This document shows, one piece after another, positions 1 through 14,300 of a stretch of 64,000 nucleotides of DNA. Origin of the DNA: Rhizophagus irregularis (taxonomy: Eukaryota); assembly GCF_026210795.1 (NCBI RefSeq), contig NC_089432.1, forward strand, positions 5,332,001-5,396,000, read 5' to 3'. Numbering within the stretch: the first letter of the stretch is position 1; every line of letters begins with the position of its first letter. The position numbers and the translations under genes are program-made. The notes below the pieces were generated by a model. The model was not told where the DNA came from. It saw only the letters and a program-made list of their open reading frames with translations, and did not search any database.

Positions 1-2354
1 AAGCAGGATACATTGGTGAACTAGTCAATCAAAATATGAATGTTATCGTCAGAAGTCTACGACCTGTAGCATATCGTATTTTGCATTTAATTGTTCATGC
101 TCTTATTGGAGCATCTGAACCTCCAACTGCCCTTGCTTTCCTTCGAAAAAATAATCAAACTGCTACTGATTCTGAAACATATTGTATTAACCATATTCGA
201 AATGATTGGGAAATTCTGAAGAAACTTCTTTATTGCTCAGATGATGTATATATCTTTTTTTATTATTATTATTATTTTCTTTATAATCTTATTTAATAAA
301 ATAGCTAACTAAAACAAAATTTTATTATCTTAATCAGAATTTGGCGTTAATATTCCATTCTCTAATTTCCTTAATGATGGAAAGACCTCCCATTCCGAAT
401 CAAACGACATATCCTGAACGCATAAACTGGGAGACATCATTTCAAGATAATTATGTTACACCTCTTACTGAGAATATAACGAAAACGGCAACTAATTATC
501 GTATGAAGCTAAGCGAAGCTCTAACCAAAAATAAAAAAAATAACTTAATTGAATGTGAAATTAATCAGACTTTAGTTATGGATAAGCAATATCGAAATGA
601 AACTTTACCAAATTTATGGAGAACAATTGGAACAACCAATTTTGATAGTTTCCACGCTTATTATATGAGTAACTTGACAAGAAACAACGATCATCCATTT
701 CTCTCTGTCTTTTTCAAATATTCAAAGCAGTTAGAATTACTTAAACATCTTTTACCTATTGTAAAATTTGCTCAACTTCTGAATAACAAACTTGGATATC
801 AATTAACCAGACAAACGGCAAAAGATATGAAATTCATACAATTTATAAAAGAGGAATCCAATGATGGTAGAAATAAAGAAATTTTCAATAATTTGAATAC
901 CGCTTTTAATGATTTTAAACTTGGTTGGAATACAGTAATACCTTTCGTAAATCGATATCAATGTCATGAACTTCCCAATGAAAAACCAGTCATAGGTTAT
1001 AATCTTCCAGTTATTTATGGTTTAGTGGAACCGAAAGATGCAGGAATTTTCTTATGCGCTATTTTAGATTATTTAATTGACTTGCAAAACCAGTTCTTAC
1101 AAGAAGTTATAGTAATTTCACCTGGAACTTGTAAATCTCTCAAGTTTTTAGATGAAATTACATTTGATATCGAACTAGCAATTTCGAAAACAGAACCAGT
1201 TATACCCAATGGATATTGCCTTCAATCTCTACGCCTTGATCATGTTCGTTCAGGAAATATTATAAATTTTGTTTGGGATGATGAGATTCTTACATATAGT
1301 CAAAGAAATTTAGCAATTGCAAGAGGAGAAGATATTGTGTATGATTTGACAAAAATTGAAGCGGAATTGGCAAACATTTTAGTTTTCGAGAAAGTTTATA
1401 TAGAAACTCTACCAGATTCACAACTATATCTAGAATGTTACCCGTATCACATGGAATTATTTCAAGGATATATGAGAATTCTTAGTGATATTAAGAATCA
1501 AATAACCCAAGAGCCAATCCCGATCGAAAAAATGAATTCATTAGGCTTTTCTGAAAATTCCGGTTTAGAATATGCTTCAAAATCGACTATAGATAACTCA
1601 TCAGAAATTTTGTCATCATTGGAAATACTTCTATGTTTCGTCAAGCGTACAGCAGTTGGAAATGGCGACAGATCTATTAAAGATTTTGTTTTACAATGGA
1701 TGAAACTATCATCATTGTATGAACATAGAGAATTCTCTAAAATTTTAGATATTGATTTAAGACTTAAACACTTGGTGTCATTATATGAACTCGTCGAAGA
1801 ACAAGTTGCCGATATTAAAATTAAATATATTCATGAAAAATATCAGGAAAAACTTTCAACGGATATGGAGGCGGCAATAATGGAATCTTTAGGTTTTGAG
1901 CAGCAAACGACAACGAAAAAAGTTATACAAGCAGAAACATTCGCATTAGCTTTAAAACGATTTATGTTACGATTTTTAACTTTAGAGGATCAAAAAGAAA
2001 CGGATCCATTAAAAATTTATTTACAAGATGGTTCATTAAATTTTTGGCCTTCAACAGTTCCAGAGGAACTTGTTGATAAATTGTTTCCAGAAAATTTATT
2101 GGTAGCTAATACATATGATGCTTATACATTCACAATGAAAAAGATTGAGGTAAGAAAATTTATAATATATATTTTTATATATTTAAATAATATTAATCTA
2201 AAAAAAATTTTTTATATATTATTAATTACTTAAGCAAACGATGAAAAAACAGAGAATCAATGATCTAACAAATCTAAACCAAACGGAACCTACAGCTAGC
2301 AGAAATACATCAAGAAGACCAAGAAATGGCCGACTTAGATTTGATGCGACGTAG
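1..2354 (+). CDS. 3' end of an RNF213-like E3 ligase paralogue (exons <1-245, 338-2149, 2235-2354); the 5' part lies outside the window
   Basis: The translation aligns almost residue for residue with the last three exons of the 8368-25916 gene (HIRNDWE, FNDFKLGWN, IVYDLTKIEAELANILVFEK, ALKRFMLRFL). Intron positions are the same (GT at 246 and 2150, AG at 337 and 2234). Stop TAG ends at 2354. Confidence 0.9.
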
Positions 2355-3342
2355 AAACTCTTTTTCTTGTTATCCGACTATTAAAATTCGTAGTATATAT
2401 AGTATCTTTATTGTTATTTTAGATATAAAACATCAAATTATTATTAAAATATATTATTATAGTATTGGAAAAATATTTATTATATTCTGATGTTTAAATT
2501 TGCCTGAGAAATCTTTAACGTTATTTTTAATATAGCCAAACTTTTCAACTTACTGGTAGATATCCGAATTTTATCCGACTTTCATTTTTCTCTTCTATGA
2601 ATATTTTACAGATCTTAGGTTGATGTAATCGCGAAATCAAAATAAAATAAAAAATGGGATGAGTTTGCGTTAAAGTTTGCGCAAAAAAAGCTTTTGTTTG
2701 ATGCTTTTGTTGCGTAGGCGTAACTCCGATGAAGTACATCCTCGGCTATTAAAATCCTTTTTTCTATGAATGTAATAAAAGCGTATTTTATTTATCCCTA
2801 CTCAGCATTTACTCAGCATTTACATGTGATGTACAGTAAAACACTGTTGTATCGTTCTTATAAGATCACGTGCTATTCTTATACGATCAAATTATGCTCC
2901 CCTTTATATGTATCTTTCTTATACCATCTTGTACGATCAGATAATTCAGATATACCAGCATGATTATGTATTCTTTTCTTGACCTGAAAACTAAAAGTAT
3001 TAACGCGTTGTTATTTCATTATTTTTTTCTTTTACAAGAGTATAGAGTATAGACATAAAAAGAATTATAATACTTAATGAAAAAATAATGCAGTAGTAAC
3101 AGTACTTACATATATACTACAGTATATATATACTGTATTCATAAATATTAAAAAAAAAATAAGATTAATTTTTTTATTTTAATATTATTTGATTTTAACA
3201 AGTTGTTTTTATTAATATTCAAAAATATTTCTTTTTGTTTATCACATTATCAATTATTGCGTATTAATTTTTGCATATACAAGAAAATAGCATCTGATGG
3301 TCTAAGTAAGATACATTTGCCTCTCTTTTAGTACACCCTCCT

Positions 3343-3480
3343 TGACCATAATGAAAATTTGAAAAAATGTACATTTAGAGAGAAATTTATACTTGGGACT
3401 GAGTAAGGAGGTTCATTTAGAGACAAATCATATAGTGCGTACATTTTAGGGAGTGTGCACTTAGAGAGAGTTGACTGTAT
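3343..3480. mobile_element. Partial Tc1/mariner-like MITE end; related copy at about 39836-39985
   Basis: It ends in gtgtgcacttagagagagttgactg followed by TA, a CAGTC-type TIR. The segment gaccataatgaaaattt...gtacatttagagaga...gcacttagagag recurs near 39843-39985. Confidence 0.55.
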
Positions 3481-5395
3481 AATTATCGATTTTAAAAGAT
3501 ACAATTTGGATATATATCAATGTGGCCTGAACTAACCTAATTATCTGGGGCCGTTGTAGATGTTATACAAAGATATCTTTTTTTTAAAAGAAATAATGAT
3601 TGGTCCGAAGAACTATAAATTTCTACGCAAGTTGTATGCAAGTCCGTCCGGCAAAAGTGTCATTCTTGATATATAAAAATAAAAATAAATAAATGCCTAT
3701 CAAGAATCATACCATAAACATATCAAAGAATGATGTTTTTGCTTCGTGCAACAAAAAAACTTTAAATGGCACTTCAGACTTAATAACGGATTCCTAGTAA
3801 TAATCATAATAGTAATAATAATGAACTTGCCGGTTTATTTTACTATCTTGATTTCTTTCCTTTTATTAATTTCATCATCTCTTATCCTTTCTTTATGTAC
3901 AGTATCTATGATACTTGCAACAAATGGAGAGATAAGTCTACCCTTATATATACATAAGAAGTTTATACTTACAACCAACCAAAAAAATCATATAAATTTT
4001 TTCTTTTTTTAAATAATGTCGGGGCGGAAAGCTATTACAATCCTTAAACGCTAACTGAAGTTATCATAATTCTGGCACGTATAGATAAAAGTAAATCTTT
4101 TTGTATACATTTCGGGACTAGACTAGTATGTTTCTACACAAACCATTCCCATTTTCACAAAATAATTTATTTTGCTACAGAATTATAAGCTTATTTACAC
4201 TCATCCCTTACTAGATTGTGATGGCGGAGTGTAATTTTAACTTTTAATTAAATATTCGAATACCAACAGTATTCGTCTAATTTATACCTGGTTTTTATCC
4301 TGGCATTTCCTTCTTTTTCATCAGATATACCATTGTGGAAGCGAAGATAATTAATTAATTGTTATTTTCATTCTATTATTAAATTTATCATAGATTTGGC
4401 TGGTATTATAAGTAAATATTGGAGAAAATAGTTTCATGCACGATAAATTATAAATAAATGCAAGTACATTTTTGTTTCATCAGATGGAAACCGAATTACT
4501 TTTGTGAAAAAGGAAGTACAATACTGTAAATTTAAATTTTGAAGATAAAAATTCTTTATAGATACCCGTTTAAAAATTAGTATATATAACTCAAACATAC
4601 ATGGTTGAGTATAAATTCGGCCTTTACTCTTAAATTTTAACTGATGTCATATATAAATAATTTGACGTAATAGATAAAAAAAAAAAATGTAAAAAATTAA
4701 ATAATGATATTCTTTATAAAATTTTTCAAATTTACGTGACTTAATCAAATAATGAAAGAAATTATAAAAATCTCTAAATTATTGTTTGTTAGTTGATATG
4801 AAGTCATGATTTCAATTTTATGGAGTTATCCTTATAAATATGTTTATAAAGTGTATCTGATAATTCAATTAAATATTTGAAAGATGAGAATATCATAAAA
4901 GCAAATTTTCAAAAGCAAAACTTTCGTTTAATTATGCAAATATCTATGAAGAAATTTATAAGTGAATGTTCATCTATAAAAAGTTTTCGTTTAGACTAGC
5001 TGTAACTTGTTGCGTTGCAAAAGGATTAATTTACGAATTTCAGAAAAAAATTCAGTCTAAGAAAATGGAAAAAAGTACTTTTAAAAAAAAAAGTTCGGTC
5101 TATAAGAAGCATATTTTTTTCAATTTCCGAGTTTATAAGAATTGAAAACCGAAAAAAAATATATATATTAAAAGTAACCGGATAGCATCGTTCTGAATAG
5201 CCAAAAGTGAAATATGACTAATAAGTAAGACAAATTAAACCTTTTCGTTAATTAAAATGAAAATCTATCAAAATGTACACATGACTCCGACAACCAATCG
5301 AATTATTCAAAAGCAAATTTACAACACAGAATAACGAAATAAGCTATTTTATTTACAGGATTTTATGAAAATAGGTCAACACTATACGCAGTAAT

Positions 5396-5495
5396 GCAAA
5401 TGTATCGTTCTTATACGTGTACGACATACTATATTATGTGACATATACGTCGTATAAGAACATAGCACCTGATCGTATAAGAACGATACATTTGC
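5396..5495. mobile_element. 100-bp MITE-like element with 22-bp perfect inverted ends; related half copy at about 2848-2890
   Basis: gcaaatgtatcgttcttatacg ... cgtataagaacgatacatttgc. Confidence 0.65.
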
Positions 5496-5626
5496 CGCAG
5501 TAATAAATAAAGCGATGATAAAAGTGCCTATTTTATCACATAATCCCATTTTCAATTACTTTATTTGAACCTTCTAAAGGAAAGGAAATTAATACTTCGA
5601 ATTTTCTTTGAAAATTTACATATAAA

Positions 5627-5702
5627 TATATATATGACATGTTCAATTGATCAGCGACTAAACAATATATATGTGACATGTTCAATTGATCAGCGACTAA
5701 AC
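5627..5702. repeat. Two-copy tandem duplication of about 38 bp
   Basis: gacatgttcaattgatcagcgactaaac occurs twice in tandem. Confidence 0.8.
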
Positions 5703-6014
5703 CATAACGAGCCTATAATGAACTTTTCTTGAAAATATAATTATATCAATTGATAATTTAGTTAATTAATAAGTGTTCTGTAAATGGAGATAATGAATAA
5801 TCCATACTGATGTTTAATATTTAATTGTTCTAATGGTTAAAATCACAACTATATTAAACTGTACTTTAATTTGACGTACCTCAAGACAGAGCTGCGACGC
5901 AAAAATTACCTTCTTTGACTCACCTCACCTAATCAACACTGCATAAATCATCGCACCCTACTGACCCCCTTGCTATAAAATATTTATTTATATTATGCAG
6001 AGGGGTGATGATAC

Positions 6015-6900
6015 GGCGTATCCGATCTTAGTATAGTATGATTTTGTAAAATAGTATGTAGCATTTTTTTTAGTACGTATGATTTTAAATCGTACATACT
6101 ACTTTGATTATTAAATATAGAAAAATTGTACGTATATAGTGAAAAAAAAATCATACATACGTGTATAAATCATACTTTTTTACCAGCCTCGTCATACACT
6201 TTTTCGATAGTGCTCGCTTTCTTTAAAATATGAAAACAAAAATTTAAATAAATATTTTTATTTGCTATACACTTACATTAGCATGTCATTATTTATGTGC
6301 ATTTATCTTTAAATAAATAAATTATAAACACAACCATATTTAAGCTTTTTCATGTTCTTTATTAAATTTTAAATTTTTTTAATTTTTTTAATTTTCTTGC
6401 AGAACTTAAATGAAAAAAATTGAAGCTGCAAAATACTAAATTAATTATAAAAAAATTATATAGGATTTCTTGCCTACATTAATAATTCTAATCCTATTTC
6501 TTACTAAATTAGCCAATTTTAAAGCTTCGATAATTTCTTTTACATCTGAGAGAGCTATTTCCATTTTATTAATTATTTAATTTTTAATTGATATAATTAT
6601 TTTAATTAATGTGAAATTTATTTATATTTATGTAATAAATTTTAAAAAAAAAATAAATCTCGAACTGATAAAAAAATCAGGGAAAAAATATTATATTTTT
6701 CGTATTTAATATATTGTGTAATCGTCGTCTGTGTAAGCGTTGATCAAACTTCGAATTATCATAATTATGTGTTATTTGTATGTAATAAAAAATTTAAATC
6801 ATACTATCATACATACATATTATATAATAAAGTATATATGTACCATAAAAAATCATACATACAAAGTAAAAATCCCACAAACATACTAACTTACAAAATC
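6015..6900. repeat. Dispersed ~0.9-kb non-coding repeat; inverted copy at about 61025-63300, interrupted by insertions
   Basis: Long reverse-complement matches, e.g. ttcttgcctacatt/aatgtaggcaagaa, aagctttttcatgttctttattaaa/tttaataaagaacatgaaaaagctt and gtatgattttgtaaaatagtatgtag/ctacatactattttacaaaatcatac. Confidence 0.85.
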
Positions 6901-8367
6901 GTACTATACTAATAAAATATATAGTCGTGATGATATGGTTACACGGGTTGAGGTAATTTTTGCAGCTGCGACCCTTCAATCCGGATCATATTCAAAACAA
7001 AAAAAGAATTACCCGACTCCATAACGGTATTACCCATTTTTACTTTTTATCAGATGTCCTGAGTATATTTGGTTATAAATTAATTATTTTTCTCAATAAA
7101 TATACAAATCAAGATATAACTTTAATATTGTTTAAAAAGATAAAAAGGTCTCACAAAATAAGCTCCAGTGGTAACCATCATACCACAATTCTGGCCGAAA
7201 TTATGATTTTGGCCCTAAGCCTTAATTCTGGTTGTCATGGCAGTTAAATTTTTGGATGGAGTAATTACCCGGATAATACCCGAGTATATACAGTATGTAT
7301 CAACTCAAACATAAAACGAATACAAATACCCGAGTATAACCGGATTGTATCCGGTAGCTCTACCTCAAAAAGCTTGTGACATGTTGCTCAACTTTATGTG
7401 TAATAGTCCATCACTTCCGAGTTAATTCGACTTTTAGTGCGTAGTTCATTGCTTACGTGCTTATGCTTTATCGTTATACTTATTGTTGTGATTGTGATGC
7501 TTATTGTTATGCTTCAGCATTATTAGAAAAATTATGTATATATATTGTGAACGATTATGTACTGTAAGTTAATCTACATAGTAAAGTATTGTAAAATAAT
7601 ATATATTTATATTAATCTTAAAATAGATGACGATCTCTCATTACTTTTAAGTTCATCGAAACGAATTCACCTTTTGATTTGACTGAAATGATCGGATTCT
7701 AATTAACCTTTTTTTGTCAGGTAAATCAAAATGTCGATGGTGATAATCAGAATCTGTATTTTTTGATTCACTATAAATAATTATTTTTAACGCTAACAAT
7801 TTTACTTTAATTTATATTTAGATTCTTTGTGTTTTTGATTGATAACCGATTAACCAAAAATGTGAATGTACCACGTGATGATTCAACAGTCGATTCCCTA
7901 ATTTGTGAAATTTCTTTTTTAATTTTTCGCTTTTTTTTTCGTTTTACTTTATTTTATTTCGTTAAAATGGGTTTTTTTCTTTTTGAACAATTGGTCCTTT
8001 TTTTTATTTTGAACTAAAAGTATAAATTTAATGGTTTACTATATAAGTTTTCATTATATAAAATTGGAAAGAATAAAAAGTTTAATTATTAAAATGGAAT
8101 AAATGGTATAAATGGTATGTAGGCTGATGATATGCAGCAAATTAAATAATTAAATAATTAATGATTAAACTGATAACCATTCCTATCTGAATAAAAAGTG
8201 ATTGTCGATTTTTATTTTCCTTTTTTTTTTTTTTATTTTTTTGAAAAAAAAAAAATATTATCAATTATTTCTTTTTTTTTCTAGCTTGCTTATGACTGAA
8301 ATTAAAATTTTATTTTATTTTATTTTCTTTTATATCCCCGATTTTTTAACGAATTAATTTATTTAAT

Positions 8368-11300
8368 ATGGAACAAGAAATAAATGAGGATGATACCGTA
8401 TCCAATAATGATCAAGAGTCATTATTAGATTCTTCTTTACAAGTTCCACGTTCCGATATAGAAAAAAATTTATTTGCAAATAAAGTAAGAGATATGATGA
8501 ATAATGGATATTCCTTTGGTAATGATAAAATAGTAGATGAGTCGATTGACACAATTCATAATAATAATGTGCATAATTCTGATATCGATGAACAAAATGA
8601 TACCTCTAATTCCGAAGATGATGATACCAGCGACTCTCAGGTCAAGAATTATGATGACATTCCATCTACACCAGGACATAATCGTATTGATAAGGAAAAG
8701 GAATATAAATCTAATTATAGAGAACAAAAGGATGAACTTACTCATCGTCCAAATTATCAAGATGATGATTATAATTCAACAGATGAAGAGACTAAGAAGC
8801 AAAGTTCAAAATCTAGTTACGCTGTGGGAAATCGACGAGAGACGTCAGATGATGAAAATGACGATAACGATCATGATGACAATAGTGGTGATGATTCAAA
8901 TTCTCGTTATGTTGTGAAAAATAGAAAGAAATTTGAAATTTCAGATGACAATGGCAATGACGATAACGATTTTGATGACAATATCGGCGATAATCAGGTC
9001 AAGAACAATGATTATTATGAAGATGACATTCCATCTTCATCAGGACATAATCGTATTGATAAGAAGGATGAATTTACTCGCCGTCAAAAAAATAAAGATA
9101 GTGATGATGATTCAGCAAATGAAGAGATCAAGATGCCAATTTCAAAATCTCGCTACGCTGAGAGAAATCGACGAGAGACGTCAGATGATGAAAATGGCAA
9201 TGACGATAACGATTATGATGACAATATTAGCGACTCTCAGGTCAAGAATTATCATTATCATGAAGATGTCATTCCATCTACATCAGGACACAATCGTATT
9301 GATAAGGAAAAGGAATTTGAATCTAATTATAGAGAACAAAAGGATGAATTTACTCGTCGTCTAAATTATCAAGATAGTGATGATGATTCAGCAAATGAAG
9401 AGATCAAGATGCCAATTTCAAAATCTCGTTATGTTGTGAAAAATAGAAAGAAATTTGAAATATCAGATAATGACAATGGCAATGACGATAACGATCTTGA
9501 TGACAATATCGGCGTTAATCAGGTCAAGAACGATGATTATTATGAAGATGTTATTCCATCTTCATCAGGACATAATCGTATTGATAAGAAAAAGGAATTT
9601 GAATCTGATTATAGAGAACAAAAGGATGAATTTACTCGTCGTCTAAATTATCAAGATAGTGATGATGATTCAGCAAATGAAGAGATCAAGATGCCAATTT
9701 CAAAATCTCGCTATGTTGTGAAAAATAGAAAGAAATTTGAAATATCAGATAATGACAATGGCAATGACGATAACGATCTTGATGACAATATCGGCGATAA
9801 TCAGGTCAAGAACAATGATTATTATGAAGATGACATTCCATCTTCACCAGGACACAATCGTATTGATAAAAAAAAGGAATTTGAATCTTATTATAGAGAA
9901 CAAAAGGATGAATTTACTCGCCGTCAAAAAAATCAAGACGGTAGTGATGATTCAACAGATGAAAAGATTAAGAAGCAAATTTCAAAATCTCGTTACGCTG
10001 TGGGAAACCGAAAGATATCAGATGATGAAAATGAAAACACTAATAATGATAAAGAGCCTGAGTTTTATGGAGAACAAATGGACGAAACTACTCGATATCC
10101 AAAGCATAAAATTGGCCAACATCTATCTATGCATGACGGTAATCAAAAGAAATTAGACAATACAAGTTACTCCTCTCAAGACGAAAATGATAATTATGAA
10201 GAACAAATAGATGAAACTACTCGATATCCAAAAAATAAAAACAATCAAAGTCTATCTATACATGGCGGTAACCAAAAGAAATTAGTTAACACGAGTGACT
10301 CCTCCCAGGACGAGAATGATGATTATGAAGAACAAATAGATGAAATTAATAGTTATCCATATAATAAAAATGGCCAAAATCTATCTACGCATGATAGTAA
10401 CCGAAAGAAATTAGATAACACGAGCGATTCCTCACAGGATGAGAATGATGATTATGAAGAACAAATGGATGAAACTGTTGAATATCCAAATAATAAAAAT
10501 AGTCAAAATTTGCCTATACACGGAGGTAACCAAAGAAAATTAGACAATATAAGTGACTCCTCGCAGGATGAGAATGATGATTATGAAGAACAAATGGATG
10601 AAACCACTAGATATCCAAGATATCCAAAAGATAAAAACAATCAAAATCTGTCTATGCATGGAGGCAACCAAAAGAAGTTAGATAACAATAGTGACTCCTC
10701 CCAAGATGAGAATGATGAATATAAAGATAGTGACTTTTTGCCTTCAGGTCGTGCTAATAAGAAAAAAGAACGAGAGCTTTATGAAGAACAAATAGATGAG
10801 ACCACTAGATATTCAAAAAATAAAAACAATCAAAAACTGTCTATGCATCAAAAGAAGTTAGATAACGATAGGGACTCATCCCAAGATGAGAATGATGAAT
10901 ATAAAAATAGTGACTTATTGCCTTCAGGTCGTGCTAATAAGAAAAAAGAACGAGAGCTTTATGAAGAACAAATAGATGAGACCACTAGATATTCAAAAAA
11001 TAAAAATAATCAAAAACTGTCTATGCATGGAGGTAACCAAAAGAAGTTAGATAACGATAGGGACTCATCCCAAGATGAGAATGATGAATATAAAAATAGT
11101 GACTTATTGCCTTCAGGTCGTGCTAATAAGAAAAAAGAACGAGAGCTTTATGAAGAACAAATAGATGAGACCACTAGATATTCAAAAAATAAAAATAATC
11201 AAAATCTGTCTATGCATAACGATAACCGAAACGAATTAAATTATAATGACAATGTTGGCGATTCCCAGAAATATAGTCGTTCCAATAAGCGAAATGAGTC

Positions 11301-14300
11301 CGAATCTTTTTATGGAGGATCAAGGAAGGAAATCACAAATAATCAAAATAATCAAAGTTCGTATAGAGATAATAATAAAGACTACTACAACAGTAATAAT
11401 CAAGAAAAAAATCGGAAACCAGATAATAGTAGTTCTATATGGCCTGGCGTGATTAATAGATGGATGCCTGGTAGTAATAAGGACGAGAATGAGATCAAAG
11501 TTATTTTCCATGTTCATTTTCCGGAAGGTATTGATAAAGTTGGAAACCCCGTAGTTCTTGGTAATGTAAAAGAATTAGGATCTTGGAAAAGCCCTATTGT
11601 AAAACTTATTCCACAAAATCGAACATATTGGCGATCCGACCAAATTGTTATTTCATTATCTTCTGTAGTTGAAGAAATTCAATATAAGTATGCCATTCAC
11701 ATACCTAAATCCATATTTCGTGGAAGAGAAGAAAGAATTGTATTTGAAGGAAGTAGTAATAGAGATGATCGCATGTTGAATATTGGAAATAATCAATTTG
11801 ATATATTCATAAGCAATAATCAATTACCTCGTTTATATCCTAATACTATACGTGATTTTGCTTTTGTGGGTTACATTTATAATTCTATAAAAGCTGACAA
11901 CCTTAAAGCTAAAGTTATGGAATACCAACATTTATTAACTCTTCATCATGATTTTACGATCCGTGCATCAAACCTCGATTTCATTGTCGATCGCATTGAT
12001 AATAGACTAAACAAAGAAAAACGTCTTTTCTTATGTTTTCTCTTAGGACAATATACTTCAAGGAAACAAGGCACATTCTATGAGCTACAAAATAACTTTC
12101 AATCTGGGTTGTTGCTTGATGCACTCGATGAATATAATCGAGATATTTTACCTTCAAACACTAAAAACCAGATGTATAGTGCCATTTTAACTTTAGTTCA
12201 GCATAATGCTTTTCGGATGCAATTTAATTGGGTCCTTATTTTTACAATTGCGTCAGAAGTTGATTCCAATTTTGATTTCATTGATTATTTAAAAAATTTA
12301 AAATATTCTGATGACAAATTATTAGCAAACTTCATTAAAGCAATTAAAATGATCAGACCTTATATTGATGGCATTGAAGCTGAATCTTATATTAAGATTG
12401 CAAAGGTAATTTTTAATATAATTATTGTTTTCTGATTTCTGATTAGTCTTTTTTTTTAAAGAAAAAAATTTATCTTTTTGTAGTGGTTAATTCAATTATG
12501 CCATAATATGGATTACCTTATTGTACTTTGGAATGATATTCTCTTACATAACAACGAACTTGACAAAGTCATTTTTAAGTGTTTTATTGAACGAATTCGA
12601 GAAAGTATCTCTCGTGATGATGCTGTTACCTTAGAATACCATTTTAAAAGACTCCCAAGAGATTATCGATATGATGTGTCCGAAGTTTTCCGGTCCCACA
12701 TATTACAATTACTTAAAGGTTCGAATAGAGATTGGACCGAGAAAAATATCACTGCTATTAAAAACCTCCTTCAAGAAGATAGTCTAAATTGGGGCAAAGA
12801 GGAAATTATTCAATCATTAGATTTAATATCTCAATCTAATACTTTGGAATTATTAAACATATTTCCTGTAATTTTAGATGATTGGTTTAATGGTAATTTT
12901 TCCGACACTAAAGAAAAAAAGATACCAAAAATATGCATGACTTGGTTTAAAAATCTTTTAATTAAAATTGACACGGGTACAAGCGCAAGAAATAGAAAAG
13001 AAAATAACATTGTGCTTTCAGTATTTTTACATTTAGAACGCATACACCCTTTGCTTGGTCATCGAAAAAATGTTTGGCAAAGTTTAACAACCATTGCTAT
13101 TGATAGAGTTAGAGTATGCTCGGAACCCCAAATATTTGGCGCGACAAAGTTTATAATTAAGATGAAAGAACAAGCTATTCAAGTATTATTTTTAGATTTG
13201 ATAAAAGAAATGCTAAGTAAGGCCGTTCAACAAATTAATGATCAACTAATAAATAAAATTTATATAATATGTGATTGCAATAAAAAGACTTTGGAAGTCC
13301 CAAACACGTAAGTTCTTTAAAAAATTTTATCTTTTTGTTAAATACAATTTACTTATATGTAAATATGTATATATATTTATTTATTAATTTATAATTATTA
13401 GGGTGAGCGAGGAAATTTTGTATCATATCATTACTAGATTACAAAACCAATCATCCGCATCTGATCCTTCAGAACATCATTTAAATATTCTAAGAGCAAG
13501 TCAATTTTGGAGCATTATATTACGTGCTACTGGAAATGTTACAAAACTTCATTCAAATCCGTTTGTTCAACGTGTTAAAAAGTCTATCAATGAACTTGGC
13601 GGATTACTTCGTGAAAAGAAGATTGATATACAATTGTTACAACAACTCTTAGAGTTTTCTGATGAAAAATTATTTCAACACTTCGATGCAGCTGTTTCTA
13701 AAAAGAAAGCCATAGTTGATGTGATTGTATCTCGAGATGAAATTGCAGAACTTAGAAAACTTTGTGGCAACTTTCAACTTCAACTTGATATACTTTTCAA
13801 ATTTTATAACGAATTTTGTCCAGTTTCTCAAGTAACCGATGTGGATGATTACATTCAAGACGTAAAGAAACATATGGCAAGTTCAAATAACGTGTTTTTG
13901 AGAGAAGTGTTATCACCAGATTATTGGGCGTTCCATGAAAAAACTTTGATCATTTCAAGACATTGCTACAAATATATTAAATCTCGATCTTTTCGAAATA
14001 TCTTTGAAGATTGTATCAAGAAAGACACTGCTGCAACAAATGTAGACTACATAGCGCAAAAATTAATACCAGCTGTTTTCAAAGAATACAATACTTACTG
14101 TGAACAATTTAAGAAATGGGAAAAACTCGAAGTTTCATATGCATCTTTGTTCTGGCATAATGTTACAGATGTTAACATGGAACTTGATTTAATGGATTAT
14201 AAAGGCTATAAAAACCAAGAGTTTCTACAAACAATTAACCATCTTTCAAAAATTCCTCATTGGATTAACCGACTTGAGGAGTTAGACATAGTTGTAAAAC

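Noticed and set aside
8537..10156. Overlapping M/I-rich ORFs in alternative frames
   Set aside because: They are shadows of the GAT/AAT-rich repeats of the real frame.
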